From contig NMRA01000478.1 of NCBI GenBank assembly GCA_002633005.1, forward strand, positions 264,881 through 328,880: a DNA stretch of 64,000 nt, in the 5' to 3' direction. Positions 53,460 to 64,000 of the stretch are shown here, piece after piece. Position 1 is the stretch's first letter; every line of letters begins with the position of its first letter. The notes beneath the pieces were generated by a model that made no database searches, was not told where the DNA came from, and saw nothing but the letters and a program-made list of their open reading frames with translations. A program made the position numbers and the translations under genes. The DNA is from Phoronis australis (Eukaryota > Animalia > Phoronida).

Positions 53460-53739
53460 ATCTTCTGAGCGAAAGTCATGTGCAAACAATAGTGCATTTA
53501 ACATGAGGCATTGCAACGGAAGTAAGGTTACATAAGTTTAAACTATGTTGCATATAATTATTCGTAGTTGCTTTCTCATCACCGGCGTATCCACGAAAGA
53601 GGGGAGGTGGAGAGGGGCACTACAGGGCCGTGACCATTGCTTGAAATTGGTCTCTAGATAATGCTTGCCAAAGTGCCTCCAGGTTGCCTCTCACCACAGC
53701 CACGTCCCGTTCGCCAACAATATCGCGTTTGGTCCTCCT

Positions 53740-54115
53740 GTGCCTGGTTGCTTCCCAAATAGGGATGGTCATTTCTTATGCTGTTTGAGTTTCATTACTA
53801 AGTGAATTTTTGGCTTTGGTGCAAATTGAGAGTGAGGTCTGCGTTGAATTTTCAATATTATCGAAAATAAGTAGGGATCTTTTTATGCAACGCCCCTGTA
53901 AGTTAATAACTAAGTCCCCGGCCTTAATGATGACTCAGTTATGGGCTCGGTATTTAGTTATATTATCAGAAAATGTCATTTGTCAAAGACGCGGTCATAA
54001 TAAAGACAAAATTATAAAAATATAACATCTGTGAGTAAAGAACGAAACAGCTACGCAAAAGATTTAGGTAACTTAGCTGACTCCCTATTTGGGACTGTTT
54101 CATGCAGCCGAGCAT
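53740..54115. mobile_element. MITE, family copy 2 (left TIR partly deleted)
   Basis: Colinear with 42917-43348 (tagggatcttttcatgcaacgcccct core, one mismatch). Right TIR tccctatttgggactgtttcatgcagccgagca. Confidence 0.7.
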
Positions 54116-56355
54116 TGTTGAATACTTTCAGTTACGCCGTTTAACCTCATTCTAGACCCCTGTTTTCATATTCCAATAAAATCGGTCATATATCTTTTCG
54201 TGCAAATTTCAGCTGTCGTGAAAGCCTACACAAAGTGACATTGACACAGCACGTACCACCAGACAGTGAGGGCGTGTTGCCGTTTCAAGGTAGTACATTT
54301 ATCGTCAAATTTCAAGAAAGTAGGGTTTGTTTCGTGAAAAGTGAGTTAGCTTAAATTAGAAACCTCCGCTTATGTTCCACACAATTATTTCCTAAACTGA
54401 GTCCAATCGTACTTCAACAAAGTACTAAGTGCCCGAAGACGTACTGGTATATTGCGGGTTAACCAGACCAACTGTGTGAAGTATTGATATTGTTTTATTC
54501 AGTAATAGCGAAATCAAATTTAAAATGTTAAGTCGCTTTTCATGAAACGGGCCCCTGGTCCAAGGCAAGGACAACGGAAGTTGTTTTATGTGTTCTACCA
54601 GGAAGACAAGTTCTACCATAAGTGTTCGACACGTGTCAACAGATAGTTACACGGCGCATCAGTTGGTAGGCGTTTTACACCTGTATATGACTGTTCTCTC
54701 AGAAACCACACGTTGTGTGCTGTTACTCTCACTAATGACGTGAGTATTGCAAATTTTCTTCAACTACTTACGATTCATGGTTACAGTAAATATCCTTGGA
54801 TTAATAAAATCAAATTATCTATAATACATTTGCACTTGACAAGCTCGAGCTGAAACAATGAACTAGTTACTCCAGGTTTTTAACTGTGAGCTCATGCGAA
54901 TTAGTAACCTAAACCGGTACTTACATTACAAACCGTAAATATAACAAAGAGACATGGTGATCAGTAATAGTAAGTGGAACGCTGCACAAGCACAGTGGAA
55001 ACAAGATTACAAACAAAATACAACAGGGTGGTCTGAAGCAGTCACCTGGCAACTGAAAATCTTTCTCAGCAACTGAAAAGGTCACCCGGTAGTGTCGCAA
55101 CGGTACAAATCACCAATATTGTATCAAAACACAAAAAACAACCCCAGCAGTCGATCAGCTGTCAATTCTAGGACACCTGCAAACACTATCTGACGATATG
55201 TTAATGAGTTGATCTCAAATTACGAGCATTCATTGATCGACATATATTACGTAAACTCCGGACTAAGAGTCACCCTCTCTTGTATTTAGCTTGAAAGTCG
55301 TCAAATATCGCTGTTCGTTTTCCCGTGGTTTGTAAGTTTAGCTCTATATAATGATACTCGCTACAGTACTTATATCAACATCTAAATGGTCGAGAAGCTA
55401 CAACTATTGATCTTGATCATTACAGGAGGAGTCACGTCTTATTCTTTCTCACAATCCAGCAGATAAGGCAGTGTCCTGTGTAGCTAATGTTGAACAAGTC
55501 ACAATCGCCCGACAGCATAAAGGCATATTCTACTCCTCAAAGGTGCCACGCTCAATTCTGTCTCCCCAGATACAAGCGCTCTAGGAAAATTCCCATTGTC
55601 TGCAACCCCAAGATCAACGACCTGGTTCAGATGTCCATTGTGTAAAGAACGATTTAACTACGCGTGATAATCTTGTGAAGCTCCGCCTGATGACCCCTTG
55701 GTCAAAAGCACTAAGGAAAAGTGGAAAAGGCTAGTGGTTTCACTCCTCAGTCGTTCAGTCGGCGTAATACATGACGGCTCCTGAAATCAACGCCAGAGAA
55801 TTAATTGTTCATAAGCTGAATTTAAATAAACTGACACGGTGATTATTGAATAAAATGTGATGTCCAAACTATCGTCACTTGCGATGATTACTGTCACGAT
55901 TCCAGGGGACGGTTTCCAGAGTCTATAACCAAACCTAGATTTTTTGTCTTTTGACTTTGTCTTTTAATCTGGAACAAAGCAGAGTACGAATTTTTGTCGT
56001 TTGACTTCGAGTTGTCGACAGATTTTTTTGAATATATGTTAGCCTTCGTCTGATTTTGTGAAACAGGTTAAGCCATCCGTAGACTTATCTTTTGCCAAAA
56101 GAGAAAAGACAGTCCACTGGTACTGTGAAGCATCACGTAAAAAGAAAATCCAGCAAGAGCCCGACTCATTAAGCCAATTACCGAAACCTGTTTTTGTAAC
56201 GTGATTGAGTGAAGCTGAAAGCTCGAGGGCTCTCTCGCTGGGCGTGTACCCTCATGTTGCAACAGATTTGTAGAAGTCAAGACCAAAATGACAAAATTTC
56301 AAGTGACATATCGGCGAGAGAAGTGACTTCTGGAATCCGTTGCTCAGTATCGATT

Positions 56356-59172
56356 TTACAACCTTAACGGTCGGGGTCCAACGCCATGCTGGCGGAGCTT
56401 AACCCACTGGATGAAAGATATAAACTTACCATTTTTACGAATGCATACTCCTTTCGGAGTCACCACAGCTTTAATCAGTGATTTCCAGAAATCTTCTGCC
56501 TCCAAATCCTTCGTGGGCCACTCGAAGTATATTCCATCGCGTAACAAGAGCCGAAGAGGTTTCGATAGCTTCTCTAAAGCCAAGTCACCAACAACCACAG
56601 GTATTACAAAACCTTTACCTCGCAGTATACTCATTTGCAACTCGAAATAACGCTCGTTTGAGTCCAAGTAATCATCTGTTAAACACAGAATACATTTTCT
56701 ACTGGAGTCAATTCCACGGAAAAATTCATCAAAAACACTGACACCCAACATTGTATCTCTTTCGCGAAAGAACACTTGTAGGCCATATTCTTCCAGTTTG
56801 CGACACATCGAACTTGCGACCTCGTAATCCATGTCAGCATAACAGATATATGCGTCGAACCGTCCCGGCTCTTCTACGAAACAATCGCGTCTACGCTTCA
56901 TTCGAAGGATATATATCCAATATTTCAGGTGCCATTTAAACCGCCAAATGACTAAAATTGAACACATTAAGATGGTCGTGACTGTAGCAGTTACGATTAT
57001 TATCGTGACCTTGGCGCATTGAAGGTTAAGTTTGCCTAAATTGACGTCAATCAACGCTGACTTTCTTCCATCTTCAAATTGACAAATGAGATTGCTTTTG
57101 TTAAATACAACGTGATCCGAAGTGTCACGCTGTATCCATTCAATGAACGGCACATTAGCACATGAACACTCGAAGCCTGAGTTGCTAATCATTTGAAGGG
57201 TCAAAGTGGCGTTTGCTAAATCGTTAGTTTGTTCTTTAGTGAAGCCTTTGATTTCATTGTAACTAAAATCTAGCAATTTCAAAAAACGCAGACTAGCGAA
57301 CTTTAAGTGCACAGACTTCATGCCGTTTCTTTGCAGATTTAAGTATACTAATTGAGGGCACTCAGAAAACGAATCTTCTGGGAGCGAATTTAACTGGTTT
57401 GAAGACAGATCAATTGTTTTTATGTTGGGAAGACTGCTGAACAATGTTAAAAAATCCTGAGTTCTTGTAATCAACCCGATTCTGTTTATTGACGCATGCA
57501 GGTGCTCTAGTTCACCCATTGCCCTGAACAGCTTGGGGTTAACGTACTCTAAGTTGTTGTTGCTGATATTGAAAATTTTCAATGATTCCAAACCGTACAC
57601 TACTACGTTTATGTACGTGAGGAAATTGGAAGAGATGTCTAAAACTTGTATGAAGTTTTTTAGCAGCACCCTTTTATCATTCCATGTAAAGTCTGATATG
57701 TTGAGGTCATACATTTTGGATTTTCCGTTGTTGAAAAGTGACGAAAAGGAGAAATCAACTTGAACCATGAAAAGTTTTTCTAGCGGAATACTACCTTTTA
57801 TCTCAGCGCCATCTGTCGCGATTTTTGCACTCGGTTGCATCTTACGCTTCTCTGTTTCCGTTTTAAACGTATTGGTCAATGGTCTTCCAAAATCAGGTTT
57901 TGTATACATCTGCTGTCTCGTAAAGGATTTGACGGAAGGTTGTGTTTTACTTTCCAATGCTTTCGACGTCAATGTGTGAACTGGCTTATCTGGAAAATCG
58001 CGCCAGAATATTTCGCTCTCATCTTCGAAACAAACATTTATTGTCCTGGCGTGTAAATATTGGTGTGACAAGTGGAATTCCTTCAAGTGTCTTCGAGAAT
58101 ATACGTCCGCAAAAAGACGGAAAGGGTTCCCTTTCACTATCATTGGCATGTTGTAGTCCAAGTTGATATATTCCAAGTGTTTAAGGTGTCGAAGGAAGGG
58201 ACCGACTGAGGTGATGACATTTTGACGCAAAGAAAGTGCCTTCAATGGAATGTGTTTCAGGGGGGAAAACTGGTCGGCGTTCAGTGTGATGGTTTCGTCT
58301 GGATCGTAACATTTATCTATAATCAGAATTTTGAGCCTCGTGGCATTTTCTAGAGATCCCAATATCGGAGAGAAGTACTTTGTTTTCACTCCAATGCGAT
58401 CAAACTCATTGTTGCACGTGAAGTCTAAAACTTGGAGACTGTGTAAAAACGGCTTAATCACGTTTTTGTTAAACCCGGTTATTTTAAGAAATCTCATTGC
58501 TAAACGAGTGATGTTAAGATGCGATAGTGTTTCAAAGGTGCTTTCAGTCAAATTAAGTGTTGAGCTACTCAAATCTAAAACGTCCAGACGTTTCAACAGT
58601 GAGAATCCACTAGGGAGAGGCGACGTCGGCCACGTTATCGAAAGATAACGAAGACTCGGTAAATCTCGAAACGTAGCATTTACACAGTTAGTATCAAACT
58701 GCATCGTCTTTTTCATTTGCAGAGTCTCGAGTAAAGGAGTGGGACGGAAAAACCTTGATGAACCATTATGGCATCCGAAAGACACACCTGTGGTCTTCGT
58801 CAAGCTCAAATTCTTAAGTGACTGTAATCCCATTAAGCTGTCTTGGTGGAAGGAAAGAAATACTTTGTTGCCGGACAAATCTATTTCTTTTAAATGTTTC
58901 AGAGTTATGAAGGCTCCTGCAGGTATGACCGAAATAAAATTTGAGCGCATATATAGGGCAGTTGCATTTGTTGGAATTCCTGTCGGTACAGAAACAAGCC
59001 CTCTGTCGTTGCAGTTGAGAATTGTGTTGTTTTTGTCAAAACTCATGGTGCAATTGGAAGTATTGTGATTTGGCCTTTGGCCACCTTCAACCACAAACCC
59101 GCTGTTGATTACATGCAGCATGGTTGACACCCATAACATCACTTCCAACCACTTTATGTTGCCTGACGTCAT
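56356..59172 (-). CDS. Toll-like receptor (single cysteine cluster type): signal peptide, LRRNT, LRRs, LRRCT, TM, TIR; ~938 aa
   Basis: Long uninterrupted ORF; first ATG at 59172, just after a splice acceptor at 59185-59186. LRRNT NCNDRGLVSVPTGIP; many LRRs (LKEIDLSGN, IKTIDLSSNQL, LKLLDFSYNEI); LRRCT FECSCANVPFIEWI..C..C; TM VTIIIVTATVTTILMCSILVIW; TIR FDAYICY..RERDTMLG..SRKCILCLTDDY..YFEWP..FW. Confidence 0.93.
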   Translation of the reverse strand: MTSGNIKWLEVMLWVSTMLHVINSGFVVEGGQRPNHNTSNCTMSFDKNNTILNCNDRGLVSVPTGIPTNATALYMRSNFISVIPAGAFITLKHLKEIDLSGNKVFLSFHQDSLMGLQSLKNLSLTKTTGVSFGCHNGSSRFFRPTPLLETLQMKKTMQFDTNCVNATFRDLPSLRYLSITWPTSPLPSGFSLLKRLDVLDLSSSTLNLTESTFETLSHLNITRLAMRFLKITGFNKNVIKPFLHSLQVLDFTCNNEFDRIGVKTKYFSPILGSLENATRLKILIIDKCYDPDETITLNADQFSPLKHIPLKALSLRQNVITSVGPFLRHLKHLEYINLDYNMPMIVKGNPFRLFADVYSRRHLKEFHLSHQYLHARTINVCFEDESEIFWRDFPDKPVHTLTSKALESKTQPSVKSFTRQQMYTKPDFGRPLTNTFKTETEKRKMQPSAKIATDGAEIKGSIPLEKLFMVQVDFSFSSLFNNGKSKMYDLNISDFTWNDKRVLLKNFIQVLDISSNFLTYINVVVYGLESLKIFNISNNNLEYVNPKLFRAMGELEHLHASINRIGLITRTQDFLTLFSSLPNIKTIDLSSNQLNSLPEDSFSECPQLVYLNLQRNGMKSVHLKFASLRFLKLLDFSYNEIKGFTKEQTNDLANATLTLQMISNSGFECSCANVPFIEWIQRDTSDHVVFNKSNLICQFEDGRKSALIDVNLGKLNLQCAKVTIIIVTATVTTILMCSILVIWRFKWHLKYWIYILRMKRRRDCFVEEPGRFDAYICYADMDYEVASSMCRKLEEYGLQVFFRERDTMLGVSVFDEFFRGIDSSRKCILCLTDDYLDSNERYFELQMSILRGKGFVIPVVVGDLALEKLSKPLRLLLRDGIYFEWPTKDLEAEDFWKSLIKAVVTPKGVCIRKNGKFISFIQWVKLRQHGVGPRPLRL

Positions 59173-59638
59173 CTCTGTCAACGCCTGAAAAGAAATAAAT
59201 CAGTCATTGCCTTTTGCCCTGTTTAACTTGCTGTAAACGAATATCGAATTTGATCTTTTACTTAATTGTTGCATGAAATCGGTCTTTTGTTTGTCATGTT
59301 GGCATTATACTGGTACACACTGGTTATACGTTTTGTAATTACATCTACTCGTGGACCCAACATGGTTCTTCTTTGTTTTTTTGTAAACACGATGGAGTTA
59401 GGTTGTTTGTGAGAAAATGAAAGACTGTTACTGAAATGGTGTGAGGTCGTGAAACACTTTTCTTGACACCAATCTGAACGAGTAATGCCTATAGCGACGT
59501 GGCTGTTTAACGTTTATTTGGTGTAATTCGGCAGAGAAAAGAAAACAAAAGAGCTGCAAAATGTGTACAGGAAACGACAGGATCACAGCAACAGAACATT
59601 CCCCGTGACGCAAAATTGATGACATATCAATGCATACC

Positions 59639-59923
59639 GCAAACATGTTTAAGCCTGGTCAGTACACACGTGACCCAAATCAGTCTGAAAAGATTTCTGC
59701 CCCAATTGCCGTGGGACTCGGACCTGGGACCCTCTGGTAACGGTGCAGACGCTCTAGTCTACTGAGCCATAGGACCACGGGTCGAACACAGAAATCCAAT
59801 CAGACTTAGTAGTGGGCATCTCGTCATTGAAGTCCTGAGTATATAGATATGCAATTCCTATACACTGAAGAGTTCACGTGATGTTGACACAAGTGGCGCG
59901 CTGACCAGACTTAAAAATGTTCG
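59639..59923. mobile_element. TIR-bounded element carrying an internal tRNA-like (Pol III A/B box) segment
   Basis: TIRs gcaaacatgtttaagcctggtcag and ctgaccagacttaaaaatgttcgc. Minus strand ~59775-59705 reads ggtcctatggctcagtagactagagcgtctgc..ggtccgagtccc, with A-box-like and B-box-like motifs. Confidence 0.55.
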
Positions 59924-62614
59924 CCCTAGGTACCTCCTCGCCCGTTTAAGAATTACATATTCATATGCACTCAGGAGTTCAAGGGTAGCCATTTTTCCAC
60001 CAAGCAGAAGTACCAGGTATAGCAAAGCCTGTCTGCCGTTTCACCCCAGACTACACAGTGTAGGTCTACACTATGTATGAAGCACAACACAGTTGTACAT
60101 ATGTTTTGTCCCTTGTATCTTGCTGTGACGTAGGAGGAATACGTTTGATGAAAGAAACTGATCTACTCGATATCTTCGCATCACGAACATCTCGCACACT
60201 TTCGTTTAGATAATTCCGTGAACAATCACGTAATACTAAATCCATTGAGAAATACTAGTTTAAAGTTCTTGATTACCAGTAAGAAAATGCGTTTTGTGTA
60301 AAATTAGCGGCCGTGCCACATGTGATCTGCTTCAAAGATATGACAAAACTGAGCATGCGCGTTTTGTAACTAGCACTTGCACGTACATGTAATTTATTCA
60401 AACACGTGCATCGCATATTATTCATGTTACAGGTCAAAGAATGCAATATGCATTAAAACTAGATATGATAATTGTGGCGAAAGATGTACGGAAAAACGAC
60501 CATGTATCAGAATACAAACAACTTACATTCCGACTGTAAGACAGCGACGTGTAACATAGAACCCATTTGCATGGACAGCCATAAGGAACAATTATTGATA
60601 AATGGTCGACACGGAAGCAGAGGGAACCAATAATAGAAAAAGGGTGGTGTGAGCGCGAAACTATTATGTAGGAAAAAGGGGTAAATGTTTGAGCAAGCCA
60701 TTGTAAACGTAAATGAAAATCTACGTACCGGTGTCTAAATAAAACATGATAGTCTCGCATTGTGCAGGTTCAGTGTACCTTAAACTCTGTGCTCAAGATG
60801 ACACGCTAGGCTTCGGCCGTATACATACCTATACATTGAACACTGCAGCTTTGTTTAAGTTGTCGTGTGTCAATAATATCTCGGGTTACTCGTGCGGCTT
60901 AAAACTGTCGCTTTTGATGAGGTTGCAGGTCGTTTTCCGGTACAGCTACTCTTCTATTTTTTACCACCGATGACTAACAATCAGTTCCATACTCCGCCCT
61001 AAAAGCATGGACTAAGACGTCAAGTTTTCACTTTCGTATTCTTCGAGACTGAAGGACGACAGCTGTTTCGAACAATTATTGAGGCGCCGCAAACATGTAA
61101 TTTCGGACCAATAATATTGCCGATCCATAACAAACATATTTTCAGGTTGACTAATGTGTAGAATAATTCAGGAAAGGTCACAGAAGAGATGATCTGTGTA
61201 TGAATTTGACTTTCACACGTAATGTTTTGATAAGAAGTTACGGGAGGTGCGTCAGTTTTTATCAAGATATGTTTCTTAAGTGTTTCCAATAGTTTACATG
61301 TCAATCATTGGAAACATTTCAAAGCACGTTTCAGAGTGATTCCAAAATGTCGCTGAACACTACACTGTGTAATTTTTCAGAAACGTGGCGAAACTTGAAC
61401 GAGAGTTTTCCGATTCGTGTTTCACAAACATTTACAAAAGTTGCATAGTGTAGACACAGGTATGTAGTAAATTCCTCAGCGTGAACTCTTGGAAATTAGG
61501 ATTGAATATCCTCAGTTTAATATTATTGTGCTTTATCATATTGGCAATAAATTGATCAAATGACTTATTTATTCATCCTTTAACGTTTGTCTCTTGAGTA
61601 TGTGTGTGAGGTAGTTTTGGCGAGATAAGAACCTTTCATTCATTCCATGTGCACCCCATTTTAAACTGTTTATTTATTTCGACAGACAATACGGCAAAGG
61701 CGAAATAATGCCTTCCACCAGGAAGAGATAACCAGGAAGGGACAACTGTTTTAGCGCATTTTAACGTATTTTCAAAGGTGATTTCAAAGGTATATGTTAA
61801 AGTAGTCTGGAATCCAAGCATTGTGTTTGAAAGCTTAACTCTTTAGCTATAAAATGACACCACTTTTGTCCCCAAAGACTTCATATTATTGGCACTGGGA
61901 TGCTTTGAACATGACTTGTTTTACCCTTCCAAAAGATGCCTCTTCCCAGGCATGTACTCGGGCATGATCCTCTTTTTTGAACCAACAGATGTCACTAATA
62001 TATGCAAATGAGGCTCGCATCGTCTACGTCATACGACGTCATACGGCGCGAGCTTCCAATTTGAACCCTCGAGTGAATGACTTGAAACGCAGTTCTATCT
62101 GATTGGGCAGATCTAAGAAAATTAAAGGAGCATGCCACCCAAAAAACAACCCAATTTGTATCAATTTAGATCGAGTAGTTCTCCTCGATAGCGGCACGTA
62201 CGGTTGCGTTACCTGACACCTGACGGCAGACGGAGGTGATGATATTTTCCACTGACGTCATCGGTTTCACACGCAGTCTGTTCAGCAGTTCACAACACGG
62301 GTAACTGGTGTCAGCTTATCGCTTGAATTCATCGTTTAACACCAATAAATGATCAAACTTCGATGTAAAACCCTTAAAAATACACCGAGTTCTTATAAAA
62401 ACGTGTTGTCTTATTTCACTGTTACGGATTTATTGATATTTGGACACACCGTAGCCAACAAATTTCGGCAGTCCAATTTACCAAGGTCCGTATCAGGAGT
62501 TCGTGTTCTGTTCGGAGATAAATTCTAAGTATTTTTCCGTGAAATACAGACAGTAGGACCTAGATCTGTGTTGTTTAGACTTGTGTTTTTTAGTTCTAAA
62601 CACAAAAAACGCTT

Positions 62615-62726
62615 GTTATCCCGGCCAGTGTCTCGGAACCCGATCAGGCCCGTCGCGGGCGGACTGACACGTTATCCCGGCCAGTGGCTCGGAACCCAAT
62701 CAGGCCCGTCGCGACCGGACTGAAGA
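62615..62726. repeat. 56-bp tandem duplication inside the Kolobok element
   Basis: gttatcccggccagtg.ctcggaaccc.atcaggcccgtcgcg..cggactga occurs at 62615 and 62671. Confidence 0.85.
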
Positions 62727-63274
62727 CATCACGAACATTAACCAGCCACATTTGGAAACTAATCTTGAAGTCAAGAAAATACTATAGTAGTGAGCTAAAG
62801 AAGTAATGTGCACGTGATTATTTTTGTGAAGCCACGAAACTGCAAATCTACTAAGGCCTACTCGTCGGGGGCCGTGAATTCAGGTTCCCGTTTGGCCACA
62901 GAACCGCCAGGGCAGAAGTTGTACATTGACAATCATTATTTGAATAATGTATAAGTAAATAAAGATTCCCCTAACACCTGGCCGTGGGATGGAGTATCGA
63001 GTTATTGTTTCACAACACATTCTGTCAGCAAACACTGAATTGCTTGCGCTCACACGGCCTCGGTGTCCGGTCAAATTAGTTTTATTGCACCTAAAGCCGG
63101 TAACGCAGTGATTTATTCATTGCTGGCTTCTCAAATCATTTGCACTCACGAACACTCCAAAGGCATTACAAATTGCATCTAATGGGACACACTTTCTTTC
63201 AGTTTTTTATATAAGTATTGGTTAGTTTGAGAATAATTCATTTTGAAACAGAACGCTTAGTAATAAACGTCAAC

Positions 63275-63497
63275 ATGGCAACTCGCAATCCCGACTTGGA
63301 GGAGTATTCATCTGACGAAGACTTCCCAGGTAGATCGTTAGTTTTCTCAGCGGGATATCTGTTCGAACCAGCTAGAGTACACTGATCAAGAAGTATTAGA
63401 GAAGCGCCGTGAACGTGCACAAACAATGGAGCACATGGATAGTTCCGAAAACCGTCTCATGGTGTCAGTGCGCTAACTGCACCATAATGGAAACAAC
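63275..63497 (+). pseudogene. Truncated KolX-like (P2X7 C-terminal ballast-like Cys-rich) accessory gene remnant
   Basis: ATG at 63275 gives MATRNPDLEEYSSDEDF..GYLFEP then a stop. In another frame SWCQCANCTIMET follows, resembling the YxFEP and WCxCxxC motifs recalled for this family. It breaks off where the THAP remnant ends. Confidence 0.55.
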
Positions 63498-63823
63498 TGA
63501 TCCACGTTTCTTTGCTTCCTGCCTGCCGAACGCAAACACACTAGGCACAGTATCTGACTTCAGCCTCGGTTGCTTTTTCTGCCCTGGCATGAGCTGTTTG
63601 GCAAGCTGGAATTCGTCAGTGAAATCACTGTCCACGAAATGTCGGCCACAGACACGGAGATGTTTCACGGCCTCGTACTTGGTATGAACTCCGTACTTGT
63701 CCTTTTTCACTGCCGCGAGCCACTTCCGAAGCATTTCGGGCTCTCGAGGAAATCGAAAAAACGATGTACCCGCTTTCCTCGCCGCTTCAAGTTCGAACAG
63801 GCAGGAACGACACACCACACCAT
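63495..63823 (-). pseudogene. Frameshifted THAP domain (N-terminus of the Kolobok transposase), truncated
   Basis: ATG at 63823 gives MVWCVVPACSN. A 1-nt frameshift leads to RKAGTSFFRFPREPEMLRKWLAAV..LRVCGRHFVDSDF..RLKSDTVPSVF, completing the C2CH THAP signature and AVPT-like box. No DDE domain follows. Confidence 0.8.
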
Positions 63824-64000
63824 GGCGGAATTCACTCTGCATACGAACCACTGACGTCGCTGCGGACTTTCTCACCTTCCTCACAGGCTAACGCGACACC
63901 TCTCGGCAAGGTAAGGTCGACCGTGTACGAGCCGATGTGGCCCCAGACCGATTAAGACGGTAAAAAAGACTAATTAAATCGGGTGGCATTAGCCTTTAAG

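Larger units (their letters stand above)
62126..63995. mobile_element. Internally deleted Kolobok DNA transposon
   Basis: TTAA at 62122-62125 and 63996-63999. TIRs aggagcatgccaccc and gggtggcattagcct match at 12/15 positions. Contains convergent THAP (-) and KolX-like (+) remnants. Confidence 0.8.

Noticed and set aside
36153-55535. Scattered NF-kB-like decamers (e.g. 36153, ~38012, ~55525)
   Set aside because: Short motifs of this kind are expected by chance in 64 kb, and there is no clustering or conservation evidence.
56411-59068. Several plus-strand ORFs overlapping the TLR
   Set aside because: They are antisense shadows of the long TLR reading frame.
63465-63884. Intact 139-aa THAP protein as given by the ORF track
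   Set aside because: Its N-terminus lacks the properly spaced first two THAP cysteines. These lie in another frame starting at ATG 63823, so the locus is frameshifted and lies within transposon termini.

Overview
AT-rich, intron-containing animal genomic DNA, probably from an invertebrate; the repeat and gene repertoire looks lophotrochozoan-like, but that is inference. There is an assembly gap at 15155-15546. I rebuilt five protein-coding genes by hand from GT-AG splice sites and reading phase: (1) ATP23 mitochondrial metalloprotease, minus strand, 6 exons; (2) FAM221A, plus strand, 8 exons, head-to-head with ATP23 across about 290 bp; (3) an ADAMTS/MIG-17-like reprolysin metalloprotease, minus strand, at least 13 exons, with a ~640-aa disordered exon ahead of the catalytic domain; (4) a 3-exon type I membrane protein with signal peptide, FN3-like ectodomain, one TM helix and a cytoplasmic tail resembling the dynein heavy-chain microtubule-binding domain, which is the most unusual object here; (5) a Toll-like receptor, minus strand, convergent with gene 4. 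The rest is transposon debris: an L1/Tx1 endonuclease relic, a Helentron/HINE-like element with an internal ~150-bp array, several MITEs, and an internally deleted Kolobok element carrying THAP and KolX-like remnants. Family assignments come from recalled motifs; no searches were run.
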